This document shows positions 28,775 through 38,759 of a stretch of DNA of 64,000 nucleotides, one piece after another. How positions within the stretch are numbered: the stretch's first letter is position 1; the number at the start of each line of letters is the position of its first letter. The translations under genes and the position numbers were made by a program. Location of the stretch: positions 2,208,001-2,272,000 of the forward strand of contig CBDDIJ010000002.1 in the NCBI GenBank assembly GCA_965228855.1, given 5' to 3'. The DNA comes from Candidatus Obscuribacterales bacterium (GTDB taxonomy: Bacteria; Cyanobacteriota; Vampirovibrionia; Obscuribacterales; Obscuribacteraceae). The notes beneath the pieces were generated by a model that did no database searches, was not told the DNA's origin, and saw nothing but the letters and a program-made list of their open reading frames with translations.

Positions 28775-29875
28775 ATGATGATTTTTGAACTTGGAATCCT
28801 CTTCGTCTCGCTGGTCGTGATTGTAGCGGCGGCTGAGCTCTTTACAAACGGTATTGAATGGCTTGGGCAGCGGCTTGAGCTTAGCGAAGGCGTGGTCGGA
28901 AGTGTGCTCGCGGCCGTAGGGACTGCTTTGCCCGAAACCCTGATACCGATTGTTGCCGTCATATTTTTCGGACAACGGGAAGGCGACGAGGTCGGAATCG
29001 GGGCGATCACCGGCGCTCCGTTTATGCTCTCAACCCTGACCCTTGGGCTTTGCGGGCTTGCTGGGATGAGCTTCGCGAAGAGCGGAAAGCGAGCCGCTGC
29101 GATCAACTACAACGAAGTAGTGATGACTCGTGATTTGAAATTTTTTATCGTCGCATACTCGATTGGACTAATCACTGCGGCTTTTGCGACTCACCAGATG
29201 GCGAAATACATCATCGCGTTTCTTATATTGATGATCTATCCGTTGTATCTCTACAAGACTTTTCAGTCATCCGGCGAGGTGGGTGAAGAGCCCGAAGCTC
29301 TTTATATTGACCGCATACTCAAGAAGGGATCGAACAAGCTGCGCTTCATTTTGCCGCAAGTTTTGCTCGGTCTTGGTGGTATCGTAGGCGGTGCATACTT
29401 CTTTGTGGAATACATTCAGGACATTGCTGATGCGATTGGCTTCCCCCCTCTGATTTTGTCGCTCATCGTCTGCCCGGTCGCGACCGAGCTGCCTGAGAAG
29501 GTTAACAGCATTCTCTGGGTTCGCCAGGGGAAAGACACTCTGGCTCTGGGTAACGTCACCGGTGCGATGGTTTTCCAGAGTTGTATTCCGGTTGCATTCG
29601 GAATCGCTTTCACACCATGGAACCTGGACATGGGCATTGTTATGACAGGACTCGTGGCGATTGGTTCAGCATCGCTTCTGTTACTAATGGTTAAAACCAA
29701 AAAACTCAGCTTCAACTATTTGGCTTGCTGCGCGATTTTCTATGTCTGCGCGGTTACTGCCCTAATCACACTCGATGTCCATATCGGCGGTCCAAAGCCG
29801 GAGACAGGCGTCATGCATCACGAGGGCGCCACCCAACCGAGTACGCAAGAACTGAACCGGAGTCAGGCGGAATAA
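28775..29875 (+). CDS. Sodium/calcium exchanger (CaCA) family
   Basis: Alpha repeats GTALPE and ATELPE; ALGNVTGA; multiple TMs. Confidence 0.9.
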   Translation: MMIFELGILFVSLVVIVAAAELFTNGIEWLGQRLELSEGVVGSVLAAVGTALPETLIPIVAVIFFGQREGDEVGIGAITGAPFMLSTLTLGLCGLAGMSFAKSGKRAAAINYNEVVMTRDLKFFIVAYSIGLITAAFATHQMAKYIIAFLILMIYPLYLYKTFQSSGEVGEEPEALYIDRILKKGSNKLRFILPQVLLGLGGIVGGAYFFVEYIQDIADAIGFPPLILSLIVCPVATELPEKVNSILWVRQGKDTLALGNVTGAMVFQSCIPVAFGIAFTPWNLDMGIVMTGLVAIGSASLLLLMVKTKKLSFNYLACCAIFYVCAVTALITLDVHIGGPKPETGVMHHEGATQPSTQELNRSQAE

Positions 29876-29922
29876 ACAGCATGGCGCCGTGGCATAGTAA
29901 ATAAGAATAGCTTGAGGGGTCT

Positions 29923-30468
29923 TTGATGATCGTCGCCGCGTTCGAAGAGTGGTTTCAAAACACGAACGGCTACATGGCAAAAGAGTTTCTTTTCGACGAT
30001 TTGTGGGCTCGAATTCAGCCTGCGATCACGACCTGGGAGACGCGCGGTTATCAAGTTTGTGGTGCTTCTGATGATAAACAGACACTAGTATTTCGCGACC
30101 AGATGAATCGCGGACTGCGGCTTACATCGTTTGAGGCCGACGAGTTTCAGTGTCTTCAATACGTTGAAGATGTCGACTCTCACGACTGGACCGTATACGT
30201 TTCCGAAGTTTCCAATCGCACATCCGGATTCCTCAGGACGCAGGCCTGGTGTCGTATCGGTTTGAAACGGGTGGCGTTCCGGCAATACTCTAATAAGGAC
30301 GACGGCGCCGTTGCTCCTGAAGAAATGCACCGAGAAGTCGTTCTGACACTTGCCGAAGAGGAGGGGCTTCGCCTTGAAGCTCTCGAGGACTGCTCCATTC
30401 AGGATATTGAAGAGAGGATCGCGCTTGCCTACATGCGCCCGCAGTTAGCAGTCTTTGGGCAAGAGTGA
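29923..30468 (+). CDS. Hypothetical protein
   Basis: 181-aa ORF filling the gap, GAGGGG RBS. Confidence 0.6.
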   Translation: MMIVAAFEEWFQNTNGYMAKEFLFDDLWARIQPAITTWETRGYQVCGASDDKQTLVFRDQMNRGLRLTSFEADEFQCLQYVEDVDSHDWTVYVSEVSNRTSGFLRTQAWCRIGLKRVAFRQYSNKDDGAVAPEEMHREVVLTLAEEEGLRLEALEDCSIQDIEERIALAYMRPQLAVFGQE

Positions 30469-30483
30469 ATTGAAACTGGTTCG

Positions 30484-31638
30484 CTAAGATGTGACGCTGT
30501 CCGGATCAAAATTGACTTTCTGACCGCTACGGTTATCATCATCAGCCGCTGACTCCGCAAGCTGTTCGCGGATTTCTGCGATTACCTCTTCCGGATTTTT
30601 TCCGTCCGGTGGCTTGAACATATTCGAGTCGACATGAACCTGTTGCGAGTGCTCTTGAGATGGCGGGGGATAGAAGAAGTCCAAAATGAGCTTCACTGCT
30701 GCCGCGACGGGGATGGCGATCAACATGCCCAGTGCACCTGCCAGTACTTCGCCACATATGACAGCGAAGATAATGGCGAGCGGGTGAAGCTCGATAACAT
30801 GCCCGACGAACTTCGGAATAACAACGTAATCCTCTGTCAGGCGAGCGATCCAGTAGCACAGAGCAATTAACAAACCGACGTGAACGCCTTTCTGAGCGAC
30901 GCCGACGATCACTGCCATTGATATCGCCAGTAGTGGCCCGAGCACCGGAACGATTTCAAGGACACCGCTGAAGATTGCGATTAAGAGCGCATACTTGATT
31001 TGAAATGCGAAGTGGAGAATTACATACGCGACCGTCGACATCAGCAAAATGAGAAAGAGTTGAGTGCGAATGTATTTAGCGACCATGACGTTTATCTGGC
31101 TCGATAAGGTCACAACAGCCATTCTACGTTCCTCTGGTAGGAAACGCAGTAGGAAACGACCGACACTCTCGCTATCCATGATCAGGTATATGGATGAAAC
31201 GACTGATACCAGAACATGCAGTAAGCTCTTGGAGAGAATTTCGGTCAAGTGAACGAGTTCTTCCGGCTTGCCGAGCCAGGTTTCAAGGTTTATCACAATG
31301 TCGCTGGAAATGGTTTGAACATCCATTTGCCAGTTGAAGGTCGTCGACAATTGCTCGAGCAGTTTCGTGACGATTGCATGTCTGTCTTCAAACAGAGTTG
31401 CCGCCTGGTCGATGAGCAATCCGCCGAAGAGGCGGCTGAGAAGTATCATCGTGCCGAGAAAAGCCAGGTATATTCCCGCGACAGCGAAATGGCGAGGCAT
31501 TTTGCAAGTCGTGCCCACAAAGCGGACGAGGGGCAGCAAGAGATAGGCCAAAATTCCTCCGACGATGAACGGAGGAAAAACCTCTCGTACAAGGTAGAGG
31601 AACCAAAGGAGTCCAAAAATTGCCAGCCATCTAAGCAT
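30484..31638 (-). CDS. AI-2E (PerM) family transporter
   Basis: LAYLLLPLV, EIVPVLGP, ELHPLAII, GALGMLIAIP. Confidence 0.9.
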   Translation of the reverse strand: MLRWLAIFGLLWFLYLVREVFPPFIVGGILAYLLLPLVRFVGTTCKMPRHFAVAGIYLAFLGTMILLSRLFGGLLIDQAATLFEDRHAIVTKLLEQLSTTFNWQMDVQTISSDIVINLETWLGKPEELVHLTEILSKSLLHVLVSVVSSIYLIMDSESVGRFLLRFLPEERRMAVVTLSSQINVMVAKYIRTQLFLILLMSTVAYVILHFAFQIKYALLIAIFSGVLEIVPVLGPLLAISMAVIVGVAQKGVHVGLLIALCYWIARLTEDYVVIPKFVGHVIELHPLAIIFAVICGEVLAGALGMLIAIPVAAAVKLILDFFYPPPSQEHSQQVHVDSNMFKPPDGKNPEEVIAEIREQLAESAADDDNRSGQKVNFDPDSVTS

Positions 31639-31682
31639 ATACAGGTTCTACCCACAGGCTGTCTGAAGTAACGTAGGTGTTG

Positions 31683-31750
31683 AACAGCCGTCGCTGTGCG
31701 GCAATTTCAGAAAGAAAATTTCGGAAATTCTGACACTCGCGACGGCTGTT
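31683..31750. repeat. 68-bp imperfect inverted repeat
   Basis: AACAGCCGTCGC...GCGACGGCTGTT with inner AATTTC/GAAATT pairing. Confidence 0.75.
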
Positions 31751-31756
31751 ATCTGA

Positions 31757-33001
31757 CTATCTGACGGCCATCTGCTTCGGCTCGAGCTGAGAGAAGTTCT
31801 CAACTTTTGCGCGCACCAGTTTCTTCAAATACCACGAAGGTCTGAAGCGCTCTCCGAGTTCCTTATGGTGCGCGTTGATTTCATTCAAGCACCATTCGAG
31901 ACCTTTCTCTTGAGCGATTTTCAGCAATCCGCCTTTCATGCCGCATCCGAATTCCATTCCCGTATCGACGTCAGCCGGCGTGACCACTTCTTCCTGGAGT
32001 GCGTACATCGCTTCGTTGAACATCGGAAGAATAATTCTGTGGGCGTCGACTTTCTTGCTGGACTTGCGGACTTTGCCGTCAGCATTGAGTTCCTTGATAA
32101 TCTCTTCGAGCTTCGGATTGGTTTTCTTTGCTTCGCCTTTTTGAGGGACAGTGCCTTGTTCGTGCAGGTAAAAACCGCTTCCGCTCTTTTGACCGAGGCA
32201 ACCGGCTGCGACAAGTTTGTCAAGCAGGGGCGATGACTCGAAGCGCGGACCGTATTCGTTATATAGGAATTTGTTGACGTGAGCGCAGACGTCTAGCCCG
32301 GTCATGTCGAACAATGCCAGCGGTCCCATCGGCATTCCGAATTGAACCATCATGTCATCGATTTCTTGCGGCGTGGCGCCTTCTTGCAACGCCCAGAGCG
32401 CTTCATTCATGTATGGGAAAAGCAATCTGTTGACAAGGAAGCCAGGGCATTCCTTCACTCGCACAGGAGTTTTCTTCATTACATCCCTGGTGAGTGCCAT
32501 TGCGTGTTTAATCGTCTCTTCGCTGGTTTTAACGCCAGGAATCACTTCTACCAATTTCATCACCTGGGCCGGATTGAAGAAGTGCATGCCGAGCACTTTC
32601 TCCGGACGCTTCGTTGCCGCAGCGATTTCCGATATCGAAAGCGCCGAGGTGTTCGATGCAAGAAGTGTGTGAGCTGGGCAAATCATGTCGAGCGTTTTGA
32701 AGATCTCGAGCTTGACATCGATTTCTTCCAGCGCTGCTTCGATGACGATATCCGGCTCACCGAGCTCGTCATAGCTGGTCGTGCCGCGAACTTTCGAGAA
32801 GAGGCGATCTGCGTCTTCCTGTGTCATGGTTCCTTTTTTGACACGGGAGTCGTACATTCTTTTGATGTTTTTAAGGCCGCGTTCGACGAATTCGTCTTTC
32901 ACATCCTTCAGTACGACTTCAATGCCAGCCTGGCTGAGTACTTGCGCGATTCCGCTTCCCATCGCGCCGGCGCCAATAACTGTAGCTCTTTCAAACTTCA
33001 T
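31757..33001 (-). CDS. 3-hydroxyacyl-CoA dehydrogenase with duplicated C-terminal domain
   Basis: GAGAMGSGIA, ASNTS, GMHFFNP, PGFLVNR, PMGP. Confidence 0.92.
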   Translation of the reverse strand: MKFERATVIGAGAMGSGIAQVLSQAGIEVVLKDVKDEFVERGLKNIKRMYDSRVKKGTMTQEDADRLFSKVRGTTSYDELGEPDIVIEAALEEIDVKLEIFKTLDMICPAHTLLASNTSALSISEIAAATKRPEKVLGMHFFNPAQVMKLVEVIPGVKTSEETIKHAMALTRDVMKKTPVRVKECPGFLVNRLLFPYMNEALWALQEGATPQEIDDMMVQFGMPMGPLALFDMTGLDVCAHVNKFLYNEYGPRFESSPLLDKLVAAGCLGQKSGSGFYLHEQGTVPQKGEAKKTNPKLEEIIKELNADGKVRKSSKKVDAHRIILPMFNEAMYALQEEVVTPADVDTGMEFGCGMKGGLLKIAQEKGLEWCLNEINAHHKELGERFRPSWYLKKLVRAKVENFSQLEPKQMAVR

Positions 33002-33131
33002 TTGAATGCCCTCACGCATTGATCTTTCACTAGATTCGCCATGCTAGCATGTACGGGAACAAACACCTTGCATATCAATGTTTGTTTCCCTTTTCACTAA
33101 TCACGCGAAGCCAAGGTACGGGTGGGGTTGT

Positions 33132-34604
33132 ATGGCACTTGCTGCGAATTTACTGAGACGAGTTCCAAACGTTGCTGAGGATCTGGAAGACCAGGCTCCG
33201 AAGCACCTGGGTTGGTTGATGCTGACCGGTTTGGGAATCGGTGCCACCATCGGTGCTGGCATCTTCGCAATGCCTGGAATTATTGCTGGCAAGGCCGGAC
33301 CGGCTGGGGCTCTGTCGTTCCTGCTAACTGGACTTATCGTTTTAATAGTCGCTATCTGTTATGAAAAGTTTTCGCGCCACATGCCTCATGGTGTTTCGGC
33401 ATACAGTTACGTGTACACCTCTATTGGTGAGGTGGTAGCGTGGGTGGTGGCATTCGGTTTGTTCATGGAATATAGCTTTGGCGCAGCCGCAGTGGCGATC
33501 GCTTGGAGTGTTTATCTTCAAACCGCTTGTGGCTATGAGTTGCCGAAATTCTGGACCGGTTCTCAAATAGAAACTACGACCGCGGCTGTGTTAGACCCAA
33601 GTGGTGCTGTAATAACGCCGGCGATCACCGAGTTTCATTTCGGGATAAACTTCGTCGCCATCCTGGTTGTCGCAGTTATTACTCTCATTCTGATGTATGG
33701 CGGCGTGAGCAAATCGGCGAAGTTGAACTTCGCGCTGGTCGTTCTAAAAATGGCGCTTCTTGCGATCTTCCTGTGCGCCGGAATTCCTCACGTCAATCCG
33801 GCTAACTGGCAGCCGTTTATGCCCAAAGGTTGGGACGGCGTCCTGCAAGGCGCAGCTGTCGCGGTTTTCCCGTACGTCGGTTTTGACGCGCTCTACACAT
33901 TCGCTCGTGAATCGAAGAGCCAAAAGGATACAACTAGAGGAACGTTTCTCTGCGTGGGAATCGTCGCGCTCCTGTATGTTGCGGTGATGGCTGTCGCGAC
34001 CGGTCTTGCTCCGTGCTTCTTCGATGGAGACCCGAATAAACCGAATCCGTTGTTCGTCGGTTCCGAAGCTGCGGCACCACTGGCGAAACTGCTCTCGGCC
34101 GCGGGTGAAACATGGACTGCAAAACTTATCGCTGCAGGTGCCGTTCTCGGTATCTTCAATGTCCTGCTCGTTCTATGTATGGGCGGACCGAGAATCTTCA
34201 GGAATATGTCGGAAGACGGTTTGCTTCCAGCGATATTTAAAAAGTCGCACCTTGGAAATCCGACCTTCGGAATTCTTTTGAACGGCGTTCTTGTTGCCGC
34301 TTTTGCCGGCTTCATGCCCTTTGGCGAGATCGCAGACATGATGGTTCTAGGCACGCTAATCGCATTCATCTTCGTTTGCTTCGGCGCGATGAGAATGAAA
34401 CTCGTCAATCCGCTTCTCGCGATTCTCGGTATGGCAGGTTGTTCTATTCTGGCTGCTAAACTCAATCCAATAGTTTTAAACGCATACGCAATCACGTGCC
34501 CGATTGGTCTTATCATCTACGCGGCTTATGGGTATAGAAACAGCAAATTGCACAAACAGGGCGTCGAAGGAGCGCTTGCTAAGCAGCCCGATCCGGTTCC
34601 CTAA
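33132..34604 (+). CDS. APC-family amino acid permease
   Basis: GIGATIGAGIF, SAYSY, YVGFD, DGLLP. Confidence 0.92.
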   Translation: MALAANLLRRVPNVAEDLEDQAPKHLGWLMLTGLGIGATIGAGIFAMPGIIAGKAGPAGALSFLLTGLIVLIVAICYEKFSRHMPHGVSAYSYVYTSIGEVVAWVVAFGLFMEYSFGAAAVAIAWSVYLQTACGYELPKFWTGSQIETTTAAVLDPSGAVITPAITEFHFGINFVAILVVAVITLILMYGGVSKSAKLNFALVVLKMALLAIFLCAGIPHVNPANWQPFMPKGWDGVLQGAAVAVFPYVGFDALYTFARESKSQKDTTRGTFLCVGIVALLYVAVMAVATGLAPCFFDGDPNKPNPLFVGSEAAAPLAKLLSAAGETWTAKLIAAGAVLGIFNVLLVLCMGGPRIFRNMSEDGLLPAIFKKSHLGNPTFGILLNGVLVAAFAGFMPFGEIADMMVLGTLIAFIFVCFGAMRMKLVNPLLAILGMAGCSILAAKLNPIVLNAYAITCPIGLIIYAAYGYRNSKLHKQGVEGALAKQPDPVP

Positions 34605-35671
34605 TTTTTCTTTTGGGAAACAGCGTCCAGTCGTTTCTCAATCACTTTCTTCGTGAGTGGAAAGCTGGCATCGACCATATCGGTGGTTTTATCCTTGGCG
34701 CCGGAACGACCGCCGAACTTCGCACACATAAGCTCTGCAAAACATTCGTGAGGACCGCGAACATCTTTTTGAAGATAGTATGCAATTTTGGTGCGCACAT
34801 AATCATCGCGAATTTGCCCACAATCTAATAGATAAGCATGCTTGTACTCTTCGGTTTCCGAGATGGTACCCATATAGTAATCGATGGCATGGCCTAGTTC
34901 GTGATGAAGAGTGCCGATCGGATCGTCTACTCTGTCCCAATCGAAGCCGTTTCCAATCGTGTACTCGCAGACAACGATGCCGCCAGAATAGAACATTCCA
35001 GGGCAATCTTTATACGTGTGTCCTTCCATATAGCCAGCTGGTTGCTGATTCTCCATACCAGGTTCTTTGTCGACCATGGTCGGGGTGAGCCAGATTTTGC
35101 ACCTGACCTTCTTCAATAACTCAGGCGGATACTCGCGCAATGCTGTTTTAGCCTGGTCGACGAGGGTAGCGGAAACCTGGGGACGATTTTTCAGCGGTGG
35201 TACGATTTTAAGAATGTCGTCGACCACATCGCCACTGGAGCGGGTTGACCCGGTGCGCACAGCAACGGATGAACCGGCTGTTCTCCCCTCCGCGAATTTT
35301 TTCGCTCCAAAAACCGCGTACGAAGGATCGTTTAGATGTTGTGAGTACTGCCGGTCAGATCGTTTCAAAAACTCTTTTATCTCGTAACCCTTACGGCTTG
35401 ATGGAAACGTGCGAACCACGTACCAATAGGCGCGCATCGCCTCATCTGTTTTCCTCTGCATGTTGAGGCAATTTGCGTAGTAGACGTATGCGTCGACATT
35501 GTTCGGGGTGAGGCTGGTTATTTTGTAGAACGCATCACCAGCGCGCACGTAATCTTTCTGTTTATAAACCTGGAGAGCAAGTTGGTAGACATCCTGAGAC
35601 GCTGCCGGCAGGCTCTGCAAAAGAGTTAAAGCTAGAAATAGTAGAGTGAACTTAGTCGACCGTCGAGTCAT
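34601..35671 (-). CDS. Exported TPR + ATLF/PPEP-like zinc metallopeptidase
   Basis: Signal peptide, TPR-like helices, P.GY..GHTYKDCPG, HELGHAID, ECFAE. Confidence 0.75.
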   Translation of the reverse strand: MTRRSTKFTLLFLALTLLQSLPAASQDVYQLALQVYKQKDYVRAGDAFYKITSLTPNNVDAYVYYANCLNMQRKTDEAMRAYWYVVRTFPSSRKGYEIKEFLKRSDRQYSQHLNDPSYAVFGAKKFAEGRTAGSSVAVRTGSTRSSGDVVDDILKIVPPLKNRPQVSATLVDQAKTALREYPPELLKKVRCKIWLTPTMVDKEPGMENQQPAGYMEGHTYKDCPGMFYSGGIVVCEYTIGNGFDWDRVDDPIGTLHHELGHAIDYYMGTISETEEYKHAYLLDCGQIRDDYVRTKIAYYLQKDVRGPHECFAELMCAKFGGRSGAKDKTTDMVDASFPLTKKVIEKRLDAVSQKKN

Positions 35672-35729
35672 CAACCTACCTCGTCGCACCGATTTTATAT
35701 TCCCGAATCGGCGCATCGCCAAGCCCGAT

Positions 35730-38700
35730 TTATTTTGCGTCTATCCAGTTTTTTCCGGAGCCGACGTCTACCTTGAGCGGGGCCTTTAGCGGTTGACCAA
35801 GCTCCATAGCCTTTCTTACGAGTTCTTTAGTCGCTTCCAGTTCTTCATTTGGAACTTCGAGAACCAGTTCATCGTGAACCTGTAAAACCAATTTCGCTTT
35901 GCTGCCGGTTTCAATCAACTTGCGATCGAGTTCAAGCATAGCGAGCTTCATCAAGTCGGCGGCGCTTCCTTGAAGGGGCGCGTTGCATGCGGCTCTCTCA
36001 TCGGCTCGACGAACACCGGTGTTTCTATCATGCAGATGTGTGAAGTATCTCCTTCGTCCCCACAGCGTGCTTACGAAATTGTTCGCGCGCGCTTCTTCAA
36101 CGGTTTTCGTCATGAATACTTTGACTTTCGGCAGGCGGGCAAAGTATTTGTCGATAAACGTTTGCGCTTCCTTCGTGGAGATGCCCAGACTCTGCGCCGT
36201 CGCAAATGGTCCTTGCTGATAGATCAACGCAAAGTTCAACGTTTTTCCAACACCGCGCATTTCGGTATCAACTTTTTCGATTGGAACGTCGAAAATTTCC
36301 ATCGCGGTTCTTGCGTGAATGTCTTGATTCTTTTCGAAGGCGTCAATTAGCGTCTCATCACCGGACATATGAGCGAGCATGCGCAACTCTATCTGTGAAT
36401 AATCTGCTGTTATCAAACTGGAATCAGGGCTTCCAGTGATAAACGCGCCTCTGATTTTTCGTCCCATTTCCGTGCGGATAGGAATATTCTGCAGGTTGGG
36501 GTTACTGCTCGATAGGCGTCCCGTTGCTGCTACAGTCTGGTTGAACTCGCCATGCAAGCGGTTATCGTACTCCAATATTTCTTTCGGCAATGCGTCGACA
36601 TAAGTCGAACGCAGTTTCGTCAGGTGGCGATAATCAAGAATTTTTGGAACGATAATGTGCTCATCTTTGAGCGCATCAAGAACGGACGCGTCCGTTGAAT
36701 AGCCCGTCCCTCCTTTTGTTTTCGCTTTCGTCTTCAAACCGAGTTGGTCAAAGAGAACCTTTTGCAGCTGTTGGGTCGAGTTGATGTTGAAAGAATAGCC
36801 GGAGATATCATAAATTTCTCGCTCTAAGCGCGTGAGTTCGATCGACATCTCGTCCGACAGCTTGCGCAGATATTCTTTGTCGAGCGCAACGCCATTTTGC
36901 TCCATCTTCGCCAGCACTGTAGATAGTGGCAAATCCATCTGATAAAGCAGATAGCGTTGCTCATCATCGAACAGCGCCGCGTAATAGCGCGCGAGCTCCA
37001 AGCCGAGTCGAGCATCGTCGGCTGCAAAGGGTGCGACCTTCTCGACAGGCAGCATGGCAATCTCGAAAGTTTTCTTTCCGCCGGCAAGCGCATCGCTAAT
37101 TGTGCTTATGAAGTAGTTGAAAACTGCTTCTGCTTGATCCTTCAGCGATTGGCGACTGTCCGGATTCTTGATGTAGCTTGCCAGCATTGAATCGCCCACA
37201 AGAGGAGCCATGGTCATTCCAGCCCTGAACAGAATATTTAACTGTTGTTTGGCGTTGTGGGCGACCTTCCCAATTTTGGGATCCTCGATTATTACCTTGA
37301 GTTTGTCTGCCACCATATCCGGTGCGAGCTGATTGACTCCGAGATAGCGATGGCGAACCGGAATATATGCCGTTTTCAAATCGGTAATGCCGGAAGTGGC
37401 GCTTGCGGAGAGCGAGCCGTCCTCTTCCCGTTTTAATCCGTTGCCCCACGCGAATGCCCATCCAATGATTTCTGTATCCAGAGAATTGGCGCCATCAACT
37501 TTCAGTTCGATTGAAACCACTTCTTGTTTTGCAAGAGTGGAAACGAGTTGGCTGAGTTGTTCTTCTGTGGTGATAATGTCGGGAACTGGTTGCGCTGTCA
37601 GTTTCGGCAGGTCAATGGACGGTTCGACTACTGTGACTGTTGAAACTTCGATTTTGAGCTGAGTCGTTTCATCATCAGTCTCTTCGGTGTCCAAACCTTG
37701 CGGTAACTCTCTGCCCGTGGCGTCTGCGAATGTCATCGGCATTACTTCAATGTCGTTGATGATCGCTTTCAGTTTTTTCTCAAGTTCCTTTTTGTCTTGA
37801 CCCTTCTCTGAGAACGACGTGGCCAGGCAGATAGGAAGACGATTAATGAGGTTTCGAAACTGAAGGCTTTTGAAAAACTTGCCGGCTTCCTGAAGATCGG
37901 GCATCGTCAATTTGCAGGCGTCATAATCCATATCGATTGGAACATCCAGCACAATGCGAGCAAGATGCTGACTGGCAAAAGCAACGTCGCGTCCTTCGAT
38001 CAGCTTTGCCTTGACGGCTTTGGCTGTAAGTTCTTCGACGTGCTCATAGACGGACTCGAGCGTTTTGTACTGGGTCAGCAGTTTTACGGCGGTTACAGGA
38101 CCGATTCCTTTGACGCCTGGAATGTTGTCCGAAACATCACCGCACAATGCTTTGTAGTCGATTATTTGTTCGGGCCAGACGCCCATTTTCGCAAACACTT
38201 CCGGTTTCTTATAAGTGACCAGGCCGTTCTTGCCGGGCATCATTACTTCGATCAAACCATCGGCATCGTCGAGCAATTGGAACGAATCCTTGTCCCCTGT
38301 CAGGATGACGACACGCCGCCCGTCTCTGGCCGCGCGTTTCGCAATCGTGCCGATCACATCATCAGCTTCGTATCCAGGTAGTTCCAGAATCGGGATGTTT
38401 AGAGCTTCGACGCCGCGTTTAATTAGAGGCCATTGAACTTTCAGATCGTCAGGCATCTCTTGTCGATTAGCCTTGTATTCCGAATAGTTTTCGTGGCGAA
38501 ACGTCGGTCCGGCTACGTCAAAACTTATCGCCAACATGTGCGGCGCGAGTTTATCAATCATGTCGAACAGGGACATGAAGAAACCCATCACCGCCCATGT
38601 CGGAACGCCTGTTTTGGTGCGCATTCCTGTGGTCAGGAGTGCGAAGAATGAGCGATAAGCCAACGAGCTTCCATCGACCAAAACCAGAGATTCTTTTTCA

Positions 38701-38759
38701 TCAGAGCTATTGGTCGATGTGCTTGATTCGCTATTTGCGCTTACGTTTGTTTCTATCAT
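35730..38759 (-). CDS. polA: DNA polymerase I
   Basis: 5'-3' exo (EADDVIG, DNIPGVKGIG), TGRLSS.NPNLQNIP, ADYSQIELR, QVHDEL. Confidence 0.98.
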   Translation of the reverse strand: MIETNVSANSESSTSTNSSDEKESLVLVDGSSLAYRSFFALLTTGMRTKTGVPTWAVMGFFMSLFDMIDKLAPHMLAISFDVAGPTFRHENYSEYKANRQEMPDDLKVQWPLIKRGVEALNIPILELPGYEADDVIGTIAKRAARDGRRVVILTGDKDSFQLLDDADGLIEVMMPGKNGLVTYKKPEVFAKMGVWPEQIIDYKALCGDVSDNIPGVKGIGPVTAVKLLTQYKTLESVYEHVEELTAKAVKAKLIEGRDVAFASQHLARIVLDVPIDMDYDACKLTMPDLQEAGKFFKSLQFRNLINRLPICLATSFSEKGQDKKELEKKLKAIINDIEVMPMTFADATGRELPQGLDTEETDDETTQLKIEVSTVTVVEPSIDLPKLTAQPVPDIITTEEQLSQLVSTLAKQEVVSIELKVDGANSLDTEIIGWAFAWGNGLKREEDGSLSASATSGITDLKTAYIPVRHRYLGVNQLAPDMVADKLKVIIEDPKIGKVAHNAKQQLNILFRAGMTMAPLVGDSMLASYIKNPDSRQSLKDQAEAVFNYFISTISDALAGGKKTFEIAMLPVEKVAPFAADDARLGLELARYYAALFDDEQRYLLYQMDLPLSTVLAKMEQNGVALDKEYLRKLSDEMSIELTRLEREIYDISGYSFNINSTQQLQKVLFDQLGLKTKAKTKGGTGYSTDASVLDALKDEHIIVPKILDYRHLTKLRSTYVDALPKEILEYDNRLHGEFNQTVAATGRLSSSNPNLQNIPIRTEMGRKIRGAFITGSPDSSLITADYSQIELRMLAHMSGDETLIDAFEKNQDIHARTAMEIFDVPIEKVDTEMRGVGKTLNFALIYQQGPFATAQSLGISTKEAQTFIDKYFARLPKVKVFMTKTVEEARANNFVSTLWGRRRYFTHLHDRNTGVRRADERAACNAPLQGSAADLMKLAMLELDRKLIETGSKAKLVLQVHDELVLEVPNEELEATKELVRKAMELGQPLKAPLKVDVGSGKNWIDAK

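Noticed and set aside
35730..38759. PolA length of 1009 aa suggesting an intein
   Set aside because: No intein splice or LAGLIDADG motifs; the extra length is linker, and the degenerate 3'-5' exonuclease is common.
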